64,000 bases of DNA from the NCBI GenBank assembly GCA_001949185.1, contig BDGG01000010.1, positions 1,621,773-1,685,772 of the forward strand, in the 5' to 3' direction. The notes beneath the pieces were generated by a model that saw only the letters and a program-made list of their open reading frames with translations, had not been told where the DNA came from and made no database searches. The DNA is from Ramazzottius varieornatus. Its lineage: Eukaryota > Animalia > Tardigrada. The stretch's first letter is position 1. Every line of letters begins with the position of its first letter. Of this stretch, positions 26,867 through 39,328 are shown in pieces. Made by a program: the position numbers and the translations under genes.

Positions 26867-29068
26867 TTCCCCTCTTGTGAAGAGCTTGAAAAATTGACGG
26901 TCCTGATTTCTGGAAAGTGGAAACCTGTGAACAGACAACGGAGTTGCTGTTTAATTACATCACCAATAACACGAGCAGTTTTGAGCAACCTGTTTTTGTC
27001 ACCGCGCAGGGATGTCCATCCTCCTTCTTCGACACGCTGGTTGCTCTGGCAGCTGAATTACGCCAAATCAAGTCCAGATTAGCAAACACAGCCAGACAGA
27101 TAAGATAGGAAGTGCTGGAAGAACCAAGAAACTAGCGTCGACTGCGATTACTATTCGCCAGAAATGTTGTGAACGAATCAAGTAACTCAATCAAAAATGT
27201 GCCAACTCGCACGCCATACAGATGGCGTTGACGAACCAAAAAAACCGCGTTCACTTCTTCCAGGCAGAATTCGTACGAGTCTTAGTGCTTTTGCGGCATG
27301 TGCCATGCTTTATTTCATTACGCTTCCGAGTTCCAACCCCTCTGGCAACGACCAAAGGTTTCCGGCTTTCTTGGACTGCCGTGCGCTTTGAAAAACTACT
27401 GCAGCCTCGTACTGTATAATTGTTTCAATTTGGCGAACCCGACGAACGTGGAGGGCATCAAAATGGCTAAAGACTGTTCTGCCGCCATGTTTTCTCTCAT
27501 AGCAATGGTGTTGATAAAAGATGGGTATGAAATCGATCTGTCCCCCTACTCCCTCTGAAACTCTGCGGAGTCTCTTCCGTCTATCAAGCAAGCACCTCAG
27601 GCCTTGGCCCACAGGGAACGCAAAATAACGGCCCCCAGTCCCCTTTGATGACACAACACAAACACACAGCCAGAAAGAAACAAGCCATGCCGAACATATT
27701 GTCACGAAAAGTAATTTCACAGAGACTCTGTCAACGCCTTCGAACAACACAGAGAACCGTCAAACCACACTCTGAAACCGTCATCATTTACCATCTTTGC
27801 ACCTTCCTTATGGCGAAAATATTTTCTCTAGACAATCGTTTGCGTCTGGGATACAGTATATCTAGACGCCGCAGAACGCTCTTGCTGTGGACAATCCTCG
27901 ATGCAGTATTTCTGTTGTTCATCAACTGAATTTTCTACTGCGGTGACGTCGGCCCGGCTGGCACTTGAGACCAATTTTCCACCAGAGATCAACTGTCAAG
28001 TCGCTGCTTCTAATCTTTCTTCAAAGATTTTCCGCACCAGAAAGCAGTTTGATGTGACGACCAAACTTCTCCGACTTAAAATCAAGAAATCTTTCAAGCA
28101 AGAAAAATTACTATGCGGTCTTTCCATCAAGGTAACCCCGCTCGGTACTTTCCCGCACGCGGAAGCTCGGCGCATCCTTCTTGTGACGCAGCGAAAGGAG
28201 AGCCGAGATGCCACTTAGTTGTCGCCTAACCAGCCCAAAGAGTAACGCGAAAAAGATCACATGTTGACAATCAGTTAAAAAACCAATATAGCTCCGTGTC
28301 TCACTGAACAAAAGTGCTTTGATGACAGTTCAGCACTATCATAAATCACACATTATGAGCCCAGGATTTCTGTGCCTGAGACATGTGAGATGGGATGAGA
28401 CCAGTCTGTGTTACATCGAGGGGCGGCACCGGGAACAGGCGTGGCGCTACCGCTGCTCACACTGTATGAATCTAGGTCCCAGAATCCTCCCCGCCTCTTC
28501 TCCTTCCCTTCCTCTACCCTTCAAGCTGCTGCAGTATAGGTGGCTGATCTACAGTCCAGTACAGAATTCTCCTCCGCTTCGAAGAGTGAAGCTTTCGTAC
28601 TACCGGCTAGTAAATCCAGTACTGGTGACTTTTATTCCCCGAGTTCTTCCTGGTGCAATCTAGTCAAAAGCTGGCCGCAAGTGTGCAATGAAGCTGGACA
28701 TAAAGGCGGCACATCGCATGTCGACATGTGTTTTGCGTGATCAAGTCAAGAGCTGCAGTGGTGTAAGGAACCCCTCTTGACAAAAAAGCCGAATGGATCC
28801 CTCTTATTCCCGTTACTAATGACTTCCTTCCCCGCTTCACGCCAGTAGTTCCTCCGTAAAAAGTGTGGCACAGTTATGCAGCGTTGACAGACCAGCGCTA
28901 CTTGAAGTGCGGAACCAAGCCTCTACTGCCTCTTCTGGAACAAATTGGGTGACTGGATTACTGGGTCCACTGACTCTCATTTAAGGCCCAGTGAAGTTCC
29001 CGGCCCTATCTTTCTCCTCTAATCCCAAGACTTACGTCACTGCCAGCATTCCATTCATCAACACGACC

Positions 29069-32000
29069 ATGACGCTCAAAGGCTTATTTTGCAAAAGCTT
29101 ATTCTTATTGTGGATTCTTTGTGCCTTCACATACGCCGCAAAAGGTAAGCAGGCAAAGTCGCACCAAGAAAAGTATTTCATTATTTCAGACTTGGCAAAA
29201 ACGTTTCGGCGATCTTGGGAGGTTTGGACTATGCAACGAAAGTGATATATATGGAGGAAAAAGTAGGTTTGGATTAGAGTGAAAGCCACAGGGTGGAGTC
29301 TACTGGGAACATTGGGTTGGATTGCCTCAGAGTGTCGAAAAACGGCCTGTAAAAGTTTGATAGATAAATTCCCAATGGAGTTAATCAGGCAAAAGTGTCG
29401 AAAAAGACTTTTGCATACATTTGCCGGGGTGCGATGGAGTCGATACGGCAATGCGGCTTTTTTTGTCAAGTGGCTGTATAATGTACACAGCAACGCACGT
29501 TGGTTTTGTGGTCCGTATATCTTCAAGTTGGGTCATTTCACGCCATCTTAACACAAAGTGGAAAATGTACCACTCGAGCTCTGAATGCGGAAGGAGCTGG
29601 CTGGGGCCTCGATACACGAACTCTAAAAGGAGAGAATTTTTTTGACAATTTATTTTGCACTCACTCGAGCTTGTCGAGCGGCAGCGTCATTTTCTTGGCC
29701 ATCTATGGCACAAAATGTCCACACTTCCATAACTTCAATTACGCACTTGAGCGCCATTGCGTAATGTTCCCCACTTGATGGCTTTCCGCGGGCACACGCA
29801 ATAATATTCCGCCTTCCGCCTTGTATAAACTTTTGCCCACTACAGAAAAATGGGTCAATAAAGAACGACTTTATGCCGGCAAAACAGTGTCGTTCCGTTT
29901 TGTGTTGACAAATGAAATTAAAGGCTGTAAAAAAATCCCCGCTCAGCCTGATTAGGGTCATTTCTGCCCATCGATTACTCTTATCCACACATCACATTAG
30001 GCCGACCAGCGAAAGGTCCCTGGCTCTTGGCCGATTTCCTTATCGGGTCGCCACCAGCCAGACGTATTTCAAACCATGCAACAGTTTAATTTTCCATATT
30101 TAAATCACTGGAACTCTCTTGTCCAAATACCAAGCTTATTACCGTATTATACAATAAATCCGAGCCTTATACTTCCACGATACGAAACCCGACACACGCC
30201 TGCCTCTCCATCCCATGGTATCAAATTTCCGAACCCTAATATTCCTCCCCAAATCGTAGACTAGACTGGGCCCTAAATAGTGTCAGACACTCCAATATTG
30301 TTCATCCTGTTTTAATGGAATCCTACATTAAACGAAGGCAAGAGGAAGGTTGTTTCCCCGTGTTACTTCTCCATTCATTTATTCCCTTCAGAAAAGAGCT
30401 CAACGCTATAAAGGCCATCGGGAGGAAAGTACGGCTAATATCGTGTGCTTGGTGCCGCATCAGCAAGTACCGAACATGACCTACTAGCGCAACGGAAACT
30501 TAAATCTCAAATTAAGGCCCTGACTTGCTGGATGCTTTTCGATTGGAAAGCGAAGTGGCGTTATCCTCAAAGTCCCCTTCCTTTAGTCCCGCTACCATAT
30601 CAGAGCGGAACTCATGCGTGAATATCGCCCAGTGACCACTTCAGTAATCCCCGTCTGTTTAACATTAACTTTCTTTCAAAGCCCCCACAAATCAAAAATT
30701 ACTCCTCGGCTACGACGCAGCGTCACCGCGGCCTACAGATAATAAACTAATCAAGTAAATTATGCATGAGGATAAACAGGCAAAACGGCACGCGCCAACA
30801 GTCTCCAGAGGAAAACAGTACTACAGCGTGCAAAAGGGATGAAGAGGGGAGACCTCTCACGAGCTTCCTTTAATTTGCGCCAACTCTGTGAGTTGAACGG
30901 ACGTCTCCCGTGTCAGATCTTGCCCGAGGGGAGAAACTGCAGGTTCGCTAAATTAACCTGGTGATGGCCTGAAGACAGCGATGAAGAGTGTTGGATTATT
31001 GAACAGGAACAAGTTTGCCCTATACCCATATCAGCACAGTTTGTGCCGGGCAAATATATCACGTCAATTCTTTATTGGATTCTTTGACCATCCAGCGTTC
31101 CTGTGTGTACAAGCATAAAAATGGCGCCCCTCGTCAGGATGATTTGTATTCGTAATGTAATAGCATCAATGACCGACTTTGGCTCTTTGCGTGGTATTGA
31201 CTATGATGGGGCTACAGATCAACGTTGAACAGGGAACAGTGAACGCACGTTTGTCTCCGGCCACAAAAGAAAACGGTGGCGATTTTACGACTAGAGTAGG
31301 CAATAATCTGCACCCAGCCTGTCAGCCCTTTTCCCTAATTAAATTACTGTTTACATATCTTCCGTCCATCTGATGCCAGTTTATGATAATAAGCAATGTC
31401 ATGCAAATATTCCCAACGATAAAATTCAATTGTGCTCGTTTATGCCCTGATTCTATCAGTGCAAGAAACACCCCTTCTGAAAAACCATCCGTCTTCTTGG
31501 ATCCTTGGCTAACGATCCTGTCAGATTATTTTTACTGAACTAATTTCCTGCAGAAACGATTCTCCAAAGTTTTCCACCACCGTGTTACTATCCCGTCAAA
31601 GCTGGTCTTTGTTATGCGGTCGAATAAAACGGTACACTAAAAGTAAAGGCGTCGAAACTAACCAATATGAGCTACAGAAGATGAAATGCGAGCTGGGGGA
31701 AGGATAATTTCAAATTTCAATAAAGAGCTTCCCGCTGTGCAGCACACGGGTGACGATAGTCGATCTCACTCATTTAAATCGTAACCCCCAGCGTCACAAT
31801 CCAACAATCGCATCACATAAAATGCGACCAAAACAACCCGTTGGCTCTAGATCTCACAGTTTCCAATTTCTACACAAATCACTGCTGAGAAGTTGAAGAC
31901 CACAAACAAGCTAAGGTCAACAGTTCATGCTCACAGCTGAAGAGCCACCCTTCCTTCCCGCCCACATTAGAATGAAGAACCTGCATGCCCACCGAGCCGG

Positions 32001-35000
32001 ACAAGTTATGCGATATATTGGGGGAAGTTCCCAGCGACCACGCCCAAAATTTTTCTTAGGATATTGTCCGAGAAATTTTAAACTGTCGAAGACGTTGACG
32101 CTTGACCGGAACTTGACAAAGAATAAACAACGATGGGACCGTGATTCGATTGCCTGTAATGACTGCAAAGAGGTGAGCCTCAGAACCGACCTATGGCCTG
32201 CTAAGTATCCCAGGACCCGGATGACCATGCGGTTAGACCACCTTGAATGAAATCAACGAATGAATGTGTACAATATGGCCGAAACACGCGACTATAATCG
32301 TCGCGGAACAATATCCGTGCAAATATATGCTAAATACTGGAAGTGTGGGCAGGTGGGAATGGCAGAAGGGGCTACCTACAGTGGAGTCCACAAAGGCAGC
32401 AAGTGATCATTGACTGGTCATTCTCAACGGATCAGATTACAGCTAGGATACAAATGGAGTGAAAACGGCCATGGCCACCATTGGGACCATTCTTCCCTTT
32501 TTATTGGCCATAGTCATCCCAATGCCCGCTCGTAAACCCCAATTGCCACTCTTTGTCCTATCAAACTGTTTTTCTTGAAATGAACAAGTAAAATATATTT
32601 CCCGGCCATTTCGGCGAGTTAGGGGAAAAGCCTGGCGCGTGTGGTCAGCGTGCAGCGTGTTCCCCTTTTCCTTCCTTACAAGGAAAAGGATAAACAAGGC
32701 ACTTGGCCACAACTGTTAATGACTGGTTCCTCGAATAATTGGATGAAAAGGAGCATTGATGCTTCAAGTGCCTTTCTACTGACCAAACTGCGTGTGACCC
32801 ATCAATAGGGGGGAAAAGGCCCATAATTTCGGTGCTGGTCATGACTGGGATATCTTGTCCACAGTTACGGCCAGGCTATCCTTTTGTCCACCCGGAAATT
32901 ACAGGTTTCAAACTGTCAGAAACATCTAATTGTGCCAGGCTAATTTTAATTGATGGTACATTTCTCTATTTTGGGGCTGGGAGTGAAGAACTAGTGTGAG
33001 CTGGAGTTTGTTTTGCAGTCATAAAATCGTCCAACGGAACTGTGCATTCGTGCTCGCTAAAGTACTGTTTGGGACCATCAAGATGGACATCAGTCCTCAG
33101 CCTTGCTTTCATCGCAAAGGGGATGACTCAAAATGTGTCCCTGACACGTTCCCTTTTATTTCTTTTCATAGCTACAATAAAACATGACAAGTCGCGTGGA
33201 TGCATTCATTTCCTCTAAGCAATTATTCCACACTGGCCCCAAACTGGACAACATCAGTCAAACTCACGAGTCACGACCATCGATTTCTTTCCCTTCTTAC
33301 CAAAAGTCAGATACACACCCGAAAATCCGACTCCGCTTTTTGGCTGGAATAACGCTAGTTTTATACACCGCCAAGAGCCGGTATGGTTGTCTGAATCCGT
33401 TCGAAGAACCCTATCGGTGAAATCAAGGTTCTTTCGAGAGCCTGTCTTGATCGCTGATGTCTTTGTAAGTTGTAACACGATACGGCATCCTCAAACTGTA
33501 ACAACTTTGCGTTAAACGAAAGGCCCTTGTCCTCGACTTCAAATGTGCGAGAAAACACTTGAGTTTAAAGAAACTAGGTTGTTCCTCCAGAGAGGATCAA
33601 CGAAGATAAGCCAATTAGAATGTAACTTGTGACCGCCTGATCGCAAAGCATACAGCAAAGCGTCTTCCGGTTCCCATTCCCTCAGTTGAGAACGAGACCG
33701 TGCCTCAGCTGTTGTCCTCAAACCATAGTACGCTTTCTTGTGTACCATCAATGTAAAACAAGGTCCCGCGGCTGTTTGTTCATAAATGCTTCATTAATGA
33801 ATCATTAGCTACAATTATGTCCGAGCCAGCTTCGCTGTGTGGCACAAGTTGCGATAAGCAAACACGTAATGGAATTTACTCATGGCGACTGCCAAATTAA
33901 TTATTTAACCTAATTTTTCGCTATTGTATAGGAGGAAGTCGGAGAGGATACAAACTGACCACGACGCAAACGTCCAAAGCAACCCTCAAGAACCGTCAAG
34001 TGGACTTCTTGGCCCCTATGGAGAACATTAGCATTCCACTCGGTAAAGATGCCGTCTTCACATGCAAGATTGACCGCGACGTCCAGCCGGAACAACTGCA
34101 GGTAAGTTTACAGCAATGAAACCGTTGCCAGAACGGTGTTTAGAAGGACAGTGGCCACGTGTTCTGTGCCTGTGTGCAACGAACAAATTCAACACTACGA
34201 CAAGCATGTACGCAGGTGCCCGCAATGGTATCCTCTGTCCGCCAATCAGCCTTTCAAGCCCCTGCATACAACAGCCCGATGGGTTGCCGCTGCGAGCGTG
34301 TTTGTAGGAGCACACAATGAAGTACTGATCGCTCGTTCACCGTTCGAAACATATGATCAAGGAAGTTTCGATTTCAGTTGGTATGGCTTCGATTGGATTC
34401 GCAAACCATATTGGCCTTCAAGGACCGAACAGTCCAAAACAATCCACGGATCAAGATAAGCAATGAGGAACGCCGGGAGTTCAGTCTTCATATTGAGAAC
34501 GTTCAACCAGAAGACGCTGGTGTCTACGTCGTCCAGATCAATACAAATCCCGTCTCCCAGATGAGAGCTTACTTGGATGTACTCGGTTAGTGCAAAGTAG
34601 TGTGTTATCTTTCCCCCGCGAAGGAATTACTCATTATTCATTGAAAATGTCCGGAAAATGAGAGTTAACGATAGCTAGCTATTATGCTGACACACAATTA
34701 CGCCCAGATTAATAATTCACGCGTAGCCGCTCGAGATTAATGACGAAAGCAATCTGTGCCAAAGCGAAACCTGACCTTAGCCGTATTCCAAATCTCTTCC
34801 TGGTTAATTCTGACTCTAAAAGCCGAAACAAGCTCTAAAAGCCAGAGACCCATATACGCAAGTAAAACAGAAGTCTTGTCGGCAGTAAACAGCTCGAGAA
34901 TATTTGTACGGGGAAGAATCGACGCTTCCCGAATTGCACACAGTAGTCATTGGCGCCACCCCGCTATTATTCCTGGGAACCACAACTTATGGAGCTGATT

Positions 35001-38000
35001 GCTACACACAGTGGTTATGTTGATATTTGTTTGAGGACGGCAAAGTGCCATCCATCATTTAACCCCAAACTGATATGAGCTGTTGTGAAGTTTTGCAGAC
35101 CAATAAGTGCTGTGAGCTAACTTCTGACCTCCAGATGTACGTAGCCATTTTCCTGCTTTCGTGCGCATGGACTCTGGTCAAAAGATTTGAACATATTCGG
35201 CCTAACTTAGACTAAATAAGAAGATAGTGGGTTTCATGGGAGAACTTTCCTGTAGTTTTCAGGACCTAGAACTAAACAAATAACAGCATCTGTAGAATTA
35301 CGCTGTATAAACAGCTCGCGGGGTACTCCACAAGGAGGAATTAAAGGGGGAGACGCGCTTATCAATCAAAGATTGAAAAGTCTAATTCAAAAGTCTATTT
35401 GACAATATGAGGCCTTTCTCCAGTTCAATCCCAGAGTGGCCTATATCTTAACCTATCAAAACATCTTGCACCAATCCGTCTTCCTGTTCCCTCGTCCTAT
35501 GTCAACAGCTTCGTTATAAATTGGAGAACCCGTCTAAACTTTCTTTGGCGAGATGAAAATCGAAGTCAGCCAGACAAGAAATTTCAGATAAATTTCAGGA
35601 GAAGAGAAATACAAAGGAAGGAACAAGGAAGAGAAGGAGGAAGCCCTGTTTACAGAAAATAATTCATAAAGTCCATCAGTTTTATTTGCACGTGTACTTG
35701 TCTGCAAATCACAAACGGACAAATCAGCGCAAACGACCACATGCAAAAGAGTGGCCACATGGCTCCAATTGTTAGCATAATACGCAGTTACGACATGTTG
35801 TCAGGCAAAGGCTGTCCCTCGCAATGGGACCTCCATCTGTTCTTTCCCTGCAGGACAAAGAGCGGAAAGGGCAGAATGGACACTGGTCGCACGCGAGCAT
35901 CGGACCATTAGGCCATGTATCAATGAGGCACAAATTAGTGGACAGTCTGTTTCAATAATGAGCAATCATTTACCAGCCTTTTGTCATTGACGACTTGTCG
36001 CCGCTGACAGATTCCTTATGAATTATGGCCCATCCATATTAGACACAAGAGGACACCCAGATTCATCGCCTTCGGCACTCCAAGTCTGCCTCGCATCAAA
36101 ACATTTTCTCATCAACAAACTCAGATCATGTCGGAATACAGAATATTCACCGGGTATTTTTCTGGCTGGAGAAGTGAATTTCGCACGAAAGCCGAACAGA
36201 TGTTTCAAACCATTCACAATACACAACACCGATCAAAAACGCTTTGCCGCGCGCAATCAAGTGGTAATTTCAACGTTTAACTCGACTCAGAGGATCATAT
36301 ACCTCGAAGTTAGAAGTTCCTCGATCTCATCCTGACTTAGCCGAAAGTCAACAATCGCCCACCCTTAGAAACGGTCAAGCACTTCACTGCATTCGCGGTG
36401 CTATCCTTGATAAAGGTCTCTGTCGGGCCCTTGAATATTTAAATGACTGTTTCGAAAGTCCAAAGACTGCCTTTCGCTATGACTTAACTATCGGAATAAT
36501 GGCGACTTTCATCGAGCAGCACCAATGATCACGCCTAATTAGTAGCGAAAATTGATTTATGTAGATTAAAGCCGGATTAATCTGATTGAGCCGTACGGAT
36601 GTTGTTGATGAGCGAATGTCTCGAGGGGCGCACCATTTAGCATCCAGAAGCCACTGGTCAACTTAGTAACTTCCTTCTTACCTTACAGTTCCGCCGGTGA
36701 TCCTTCCGAGCGAGACGACCGAGCACGCCAGCGTCCGTGAAGCCTCCAATGTTACCCTCAAATGCGCAGCAAGTGGCCATCCTCCTCCGGTTATAACCTG
36801 GACAAGAGACGATAACGGTTATATCACGCCCAGAGGAGACGAGAAAGGTAAGAACACAAGCAGCATCCTGTGATCCTACCAACCCACATTACGTATATAC
36901 CAAACCCATTATAGCGCTTGCATACAACGGATCCGAACTTGTGCTGGAACGAGTAGGGCGCGCAGGTGAGCATCCTGTCTTCAGTGTAACGGCAAGCGTA
37001 CTTCCGGTCAGTCTCTACACTCAGCTCTTATTTTTTCCAGACATGGCGAGTTACTTGTGCGTGGCTTCTAACGGAGTACCTCCTGCAGTATCACAAAGGA
37101 TAAACGTGAAAGTAGACTGTGAGTAACGATCGGTTCTTACCTCCTAAGCTTCTGGATAACAAGCCGCGCGTTTCAGTCCCACCTATGGTATGGGTCGAAC
37201 CCCGCCACGTCGGTGCCTGGCTTGGAGGATCTGCAACATTGAAGGTGAGGAAGTTTACACCATGGTTTCCCGGGGATCCCAGTGACTGTAATATCTCTGC
37301 TTTCAGTGCGAAACCGAAGCGCATCCCGCAGGCGTCCACTTTTGGTTTAGAGAAGGTGTAGTGTTGACCAACAGCGACAAGTACGATATCCTTTTCGAGC
37401 CAGCGCCAGAACCACAAGCCTACAGAACTAAGATGAGCTTACTGGTCAAGAACATCAACTCCAAAGATTTCGGAGACTTTGTATGCTCGGGTAAGTGTTA
37501 CTGGTTGTATCAGATCACTTACCGATATCGTGTCTCCAAGTTCGGGGTGTCTTCCTCCGAGTGGGAAAAGCAGGGAAGTCCAGGAGGAACGATCCGGACT
37601 TTAAAAGCTCGGAAGCCGTTGTAAAAGCTCGGAAATCCAAAAACGAAACCAAAACAATGGAATTTTTCCACATGAGCCAGATTAGAGTAGGGAATTGGAT
37701 CGCGCGGCGGGTCCACGCGGAAGCGGGCGGTGGTTACCGACCGCTTCTGCCCTGGAATCTGGCTGAAATTGTTACCGCTAGGGCTCGCTTAGTATTTGAT
37801 GTGACTGTTTTCCGCCCGCCCCGCGTCGATGATAATTACGATAAATGTTTAAAAGTAAATCTTATTGCGTCACATTGCGAACTATTTATATGATAGGCAA
37901 CCACAGGAAACTGTTGTCGTATGTACAGTTGGGTTTGTTTGTACTGTAACATCCATGAGTTGAATGTTATAAACGCAATTTGCCTGAAGTACCGCTCACT

Positions 38001-38917
38001 TCCGCTTTCGCGTCGGCATTAAAGGTTTACGGCCCGCTCTCGCCTTGAGATTACCAAAAATTAGTCCGCACCATCCAGCGTGGACAAGAAAATTTTGTGA
38101 AATTCTGGTTTCCGCCAAGGAAAAGTTGAGCGGTTCCCTACTCTAAGCCAGATTGCGTTAAAATGTATCTGGCTCATTTGCCGTCCATTGATTAACTGAT
38201 TGGGAAGATTCATGTGCCCGACGTCAGACTGTTATTGGCGCGCAAACAAAACTATATTGTCTTCCCTGCAGCTTCAAACTCCCATGGATCCGTCGAAGGC
38301 GTCGCAAAACTTTATGGTGGGTGTCTGTTTGCTTCGTTTCAAATTCTGCTTTTGTCTTTGGCCCGGTGTAGATAAGTAACAATAACGGGTTTTAGAAGTC
38401 GATATCCCTCCGGAAGCCAGAACCACACTTATTCCAAAAGGGAAATCGACGCACCGAACAGGAGCCAAGAAGAGTAAGTTGAATGCTTCACTGAGACTTC
38501 CAGATAGACAAATATTGAGTTCATAATGATAAGCTTGCTGCGGTGAATTTTTTGAATCGTGAACGTACAGTTCGTTCTGAGCTCGTCTTGTGTTCCTAGA
38601 AAAGCAGCAGAAACCCTCGGTCCCATTAGAACGCGAGGGTTCTTCATCCGGTATATGGAGTGTCATAACTGTGGATCTCAAAGCATAAGTGGTGCTCATT
38701 TTGCTTTCACTTTATAGAAGAGAAGGTGTTGTACGAGAAGCAGGGTCAAATGGAGCAGGACCAGCCTATGCCGGTGGAGGAACATGTGAAAGGTGCACTG
38801 CGGAAGAAAGAAACTGGAAACAGCGCTCCAAGAGACTCAAAGACTTCCTCCTTCTGGTCATTCCTCTATGCTCTGCAAGTGCTTCTTATATTCTTCTTGG
38901 ACAGGATAGAATGGTGA
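29069..38917 (+). CDS. Three-Ig-domain cell-surface protein, DIP/Lachesin (IgLON-like) family, paralog B; probable GPI anchor
   Basis: Signal exon MTLKGLFCKSLFLLWILCAFTYAAK|gtaagc. Further exons near 33932 (GKDAVFTCKI), 34378 (LVWLRLDSQTILAF..DAGVYVVQINTNP), 36690 (VPPVIL..NVTLKCAASGHPPPVITWTRDD), 37041 (DMASYLCVASNGVPPAVSQR) and 37307 (CETEAHP..DFGDFVC). Hydrophobic tail SFWSFLYALQVLLIFFL. Confidence 0.9.
37683..38145. mobile_element. Non-autonomous hAT-type MITE (463 bp) in an intron of Ig paralog B
   Basis: 12-bp TIRs TAGAGTAGGGAA / TTCCCTACTCTA, exact 8-bp TSD AGCCAGAT (37675-37682 and 38146-38153), and CCGC/GCGG-rich subterminal repeats. Confidence 0.9.
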
Positions 38918-39328
38918 TGGGACATTGCCAGTACCAAGTCTCTTATCTGTGATTACTTTGTTGGGTGGCGTAAGAGAAATAATTTGATTAGGCGGACCAC
39001 AAGCTGTAACATCATTCTGTAAGCCTGGACAATAGTCGGGGCTGAACTCCATTCGACTGAAAATTCGCGAATACATTCTACCACATTTTTTGATAATGTA
39101 CATTGTTATTATAGTGTGCCTGAAAGTTTTGTTTGATCCAGTACAAATATTGTAAACTTTACATTAGCGTAGACTCAAAAAAATCTGAAGCTTTACAAGC
39201 TCGCAAACCAAGTGACTGAATCATCGACTTATAAGAAACAACAAAGCGAAAAACAAGCTAACATGTAAGAAACAACCATTTGAGCTTTGAGATCCTTTTG
39301 GAATTTTTTGATCAGTATTATGCAGCAA

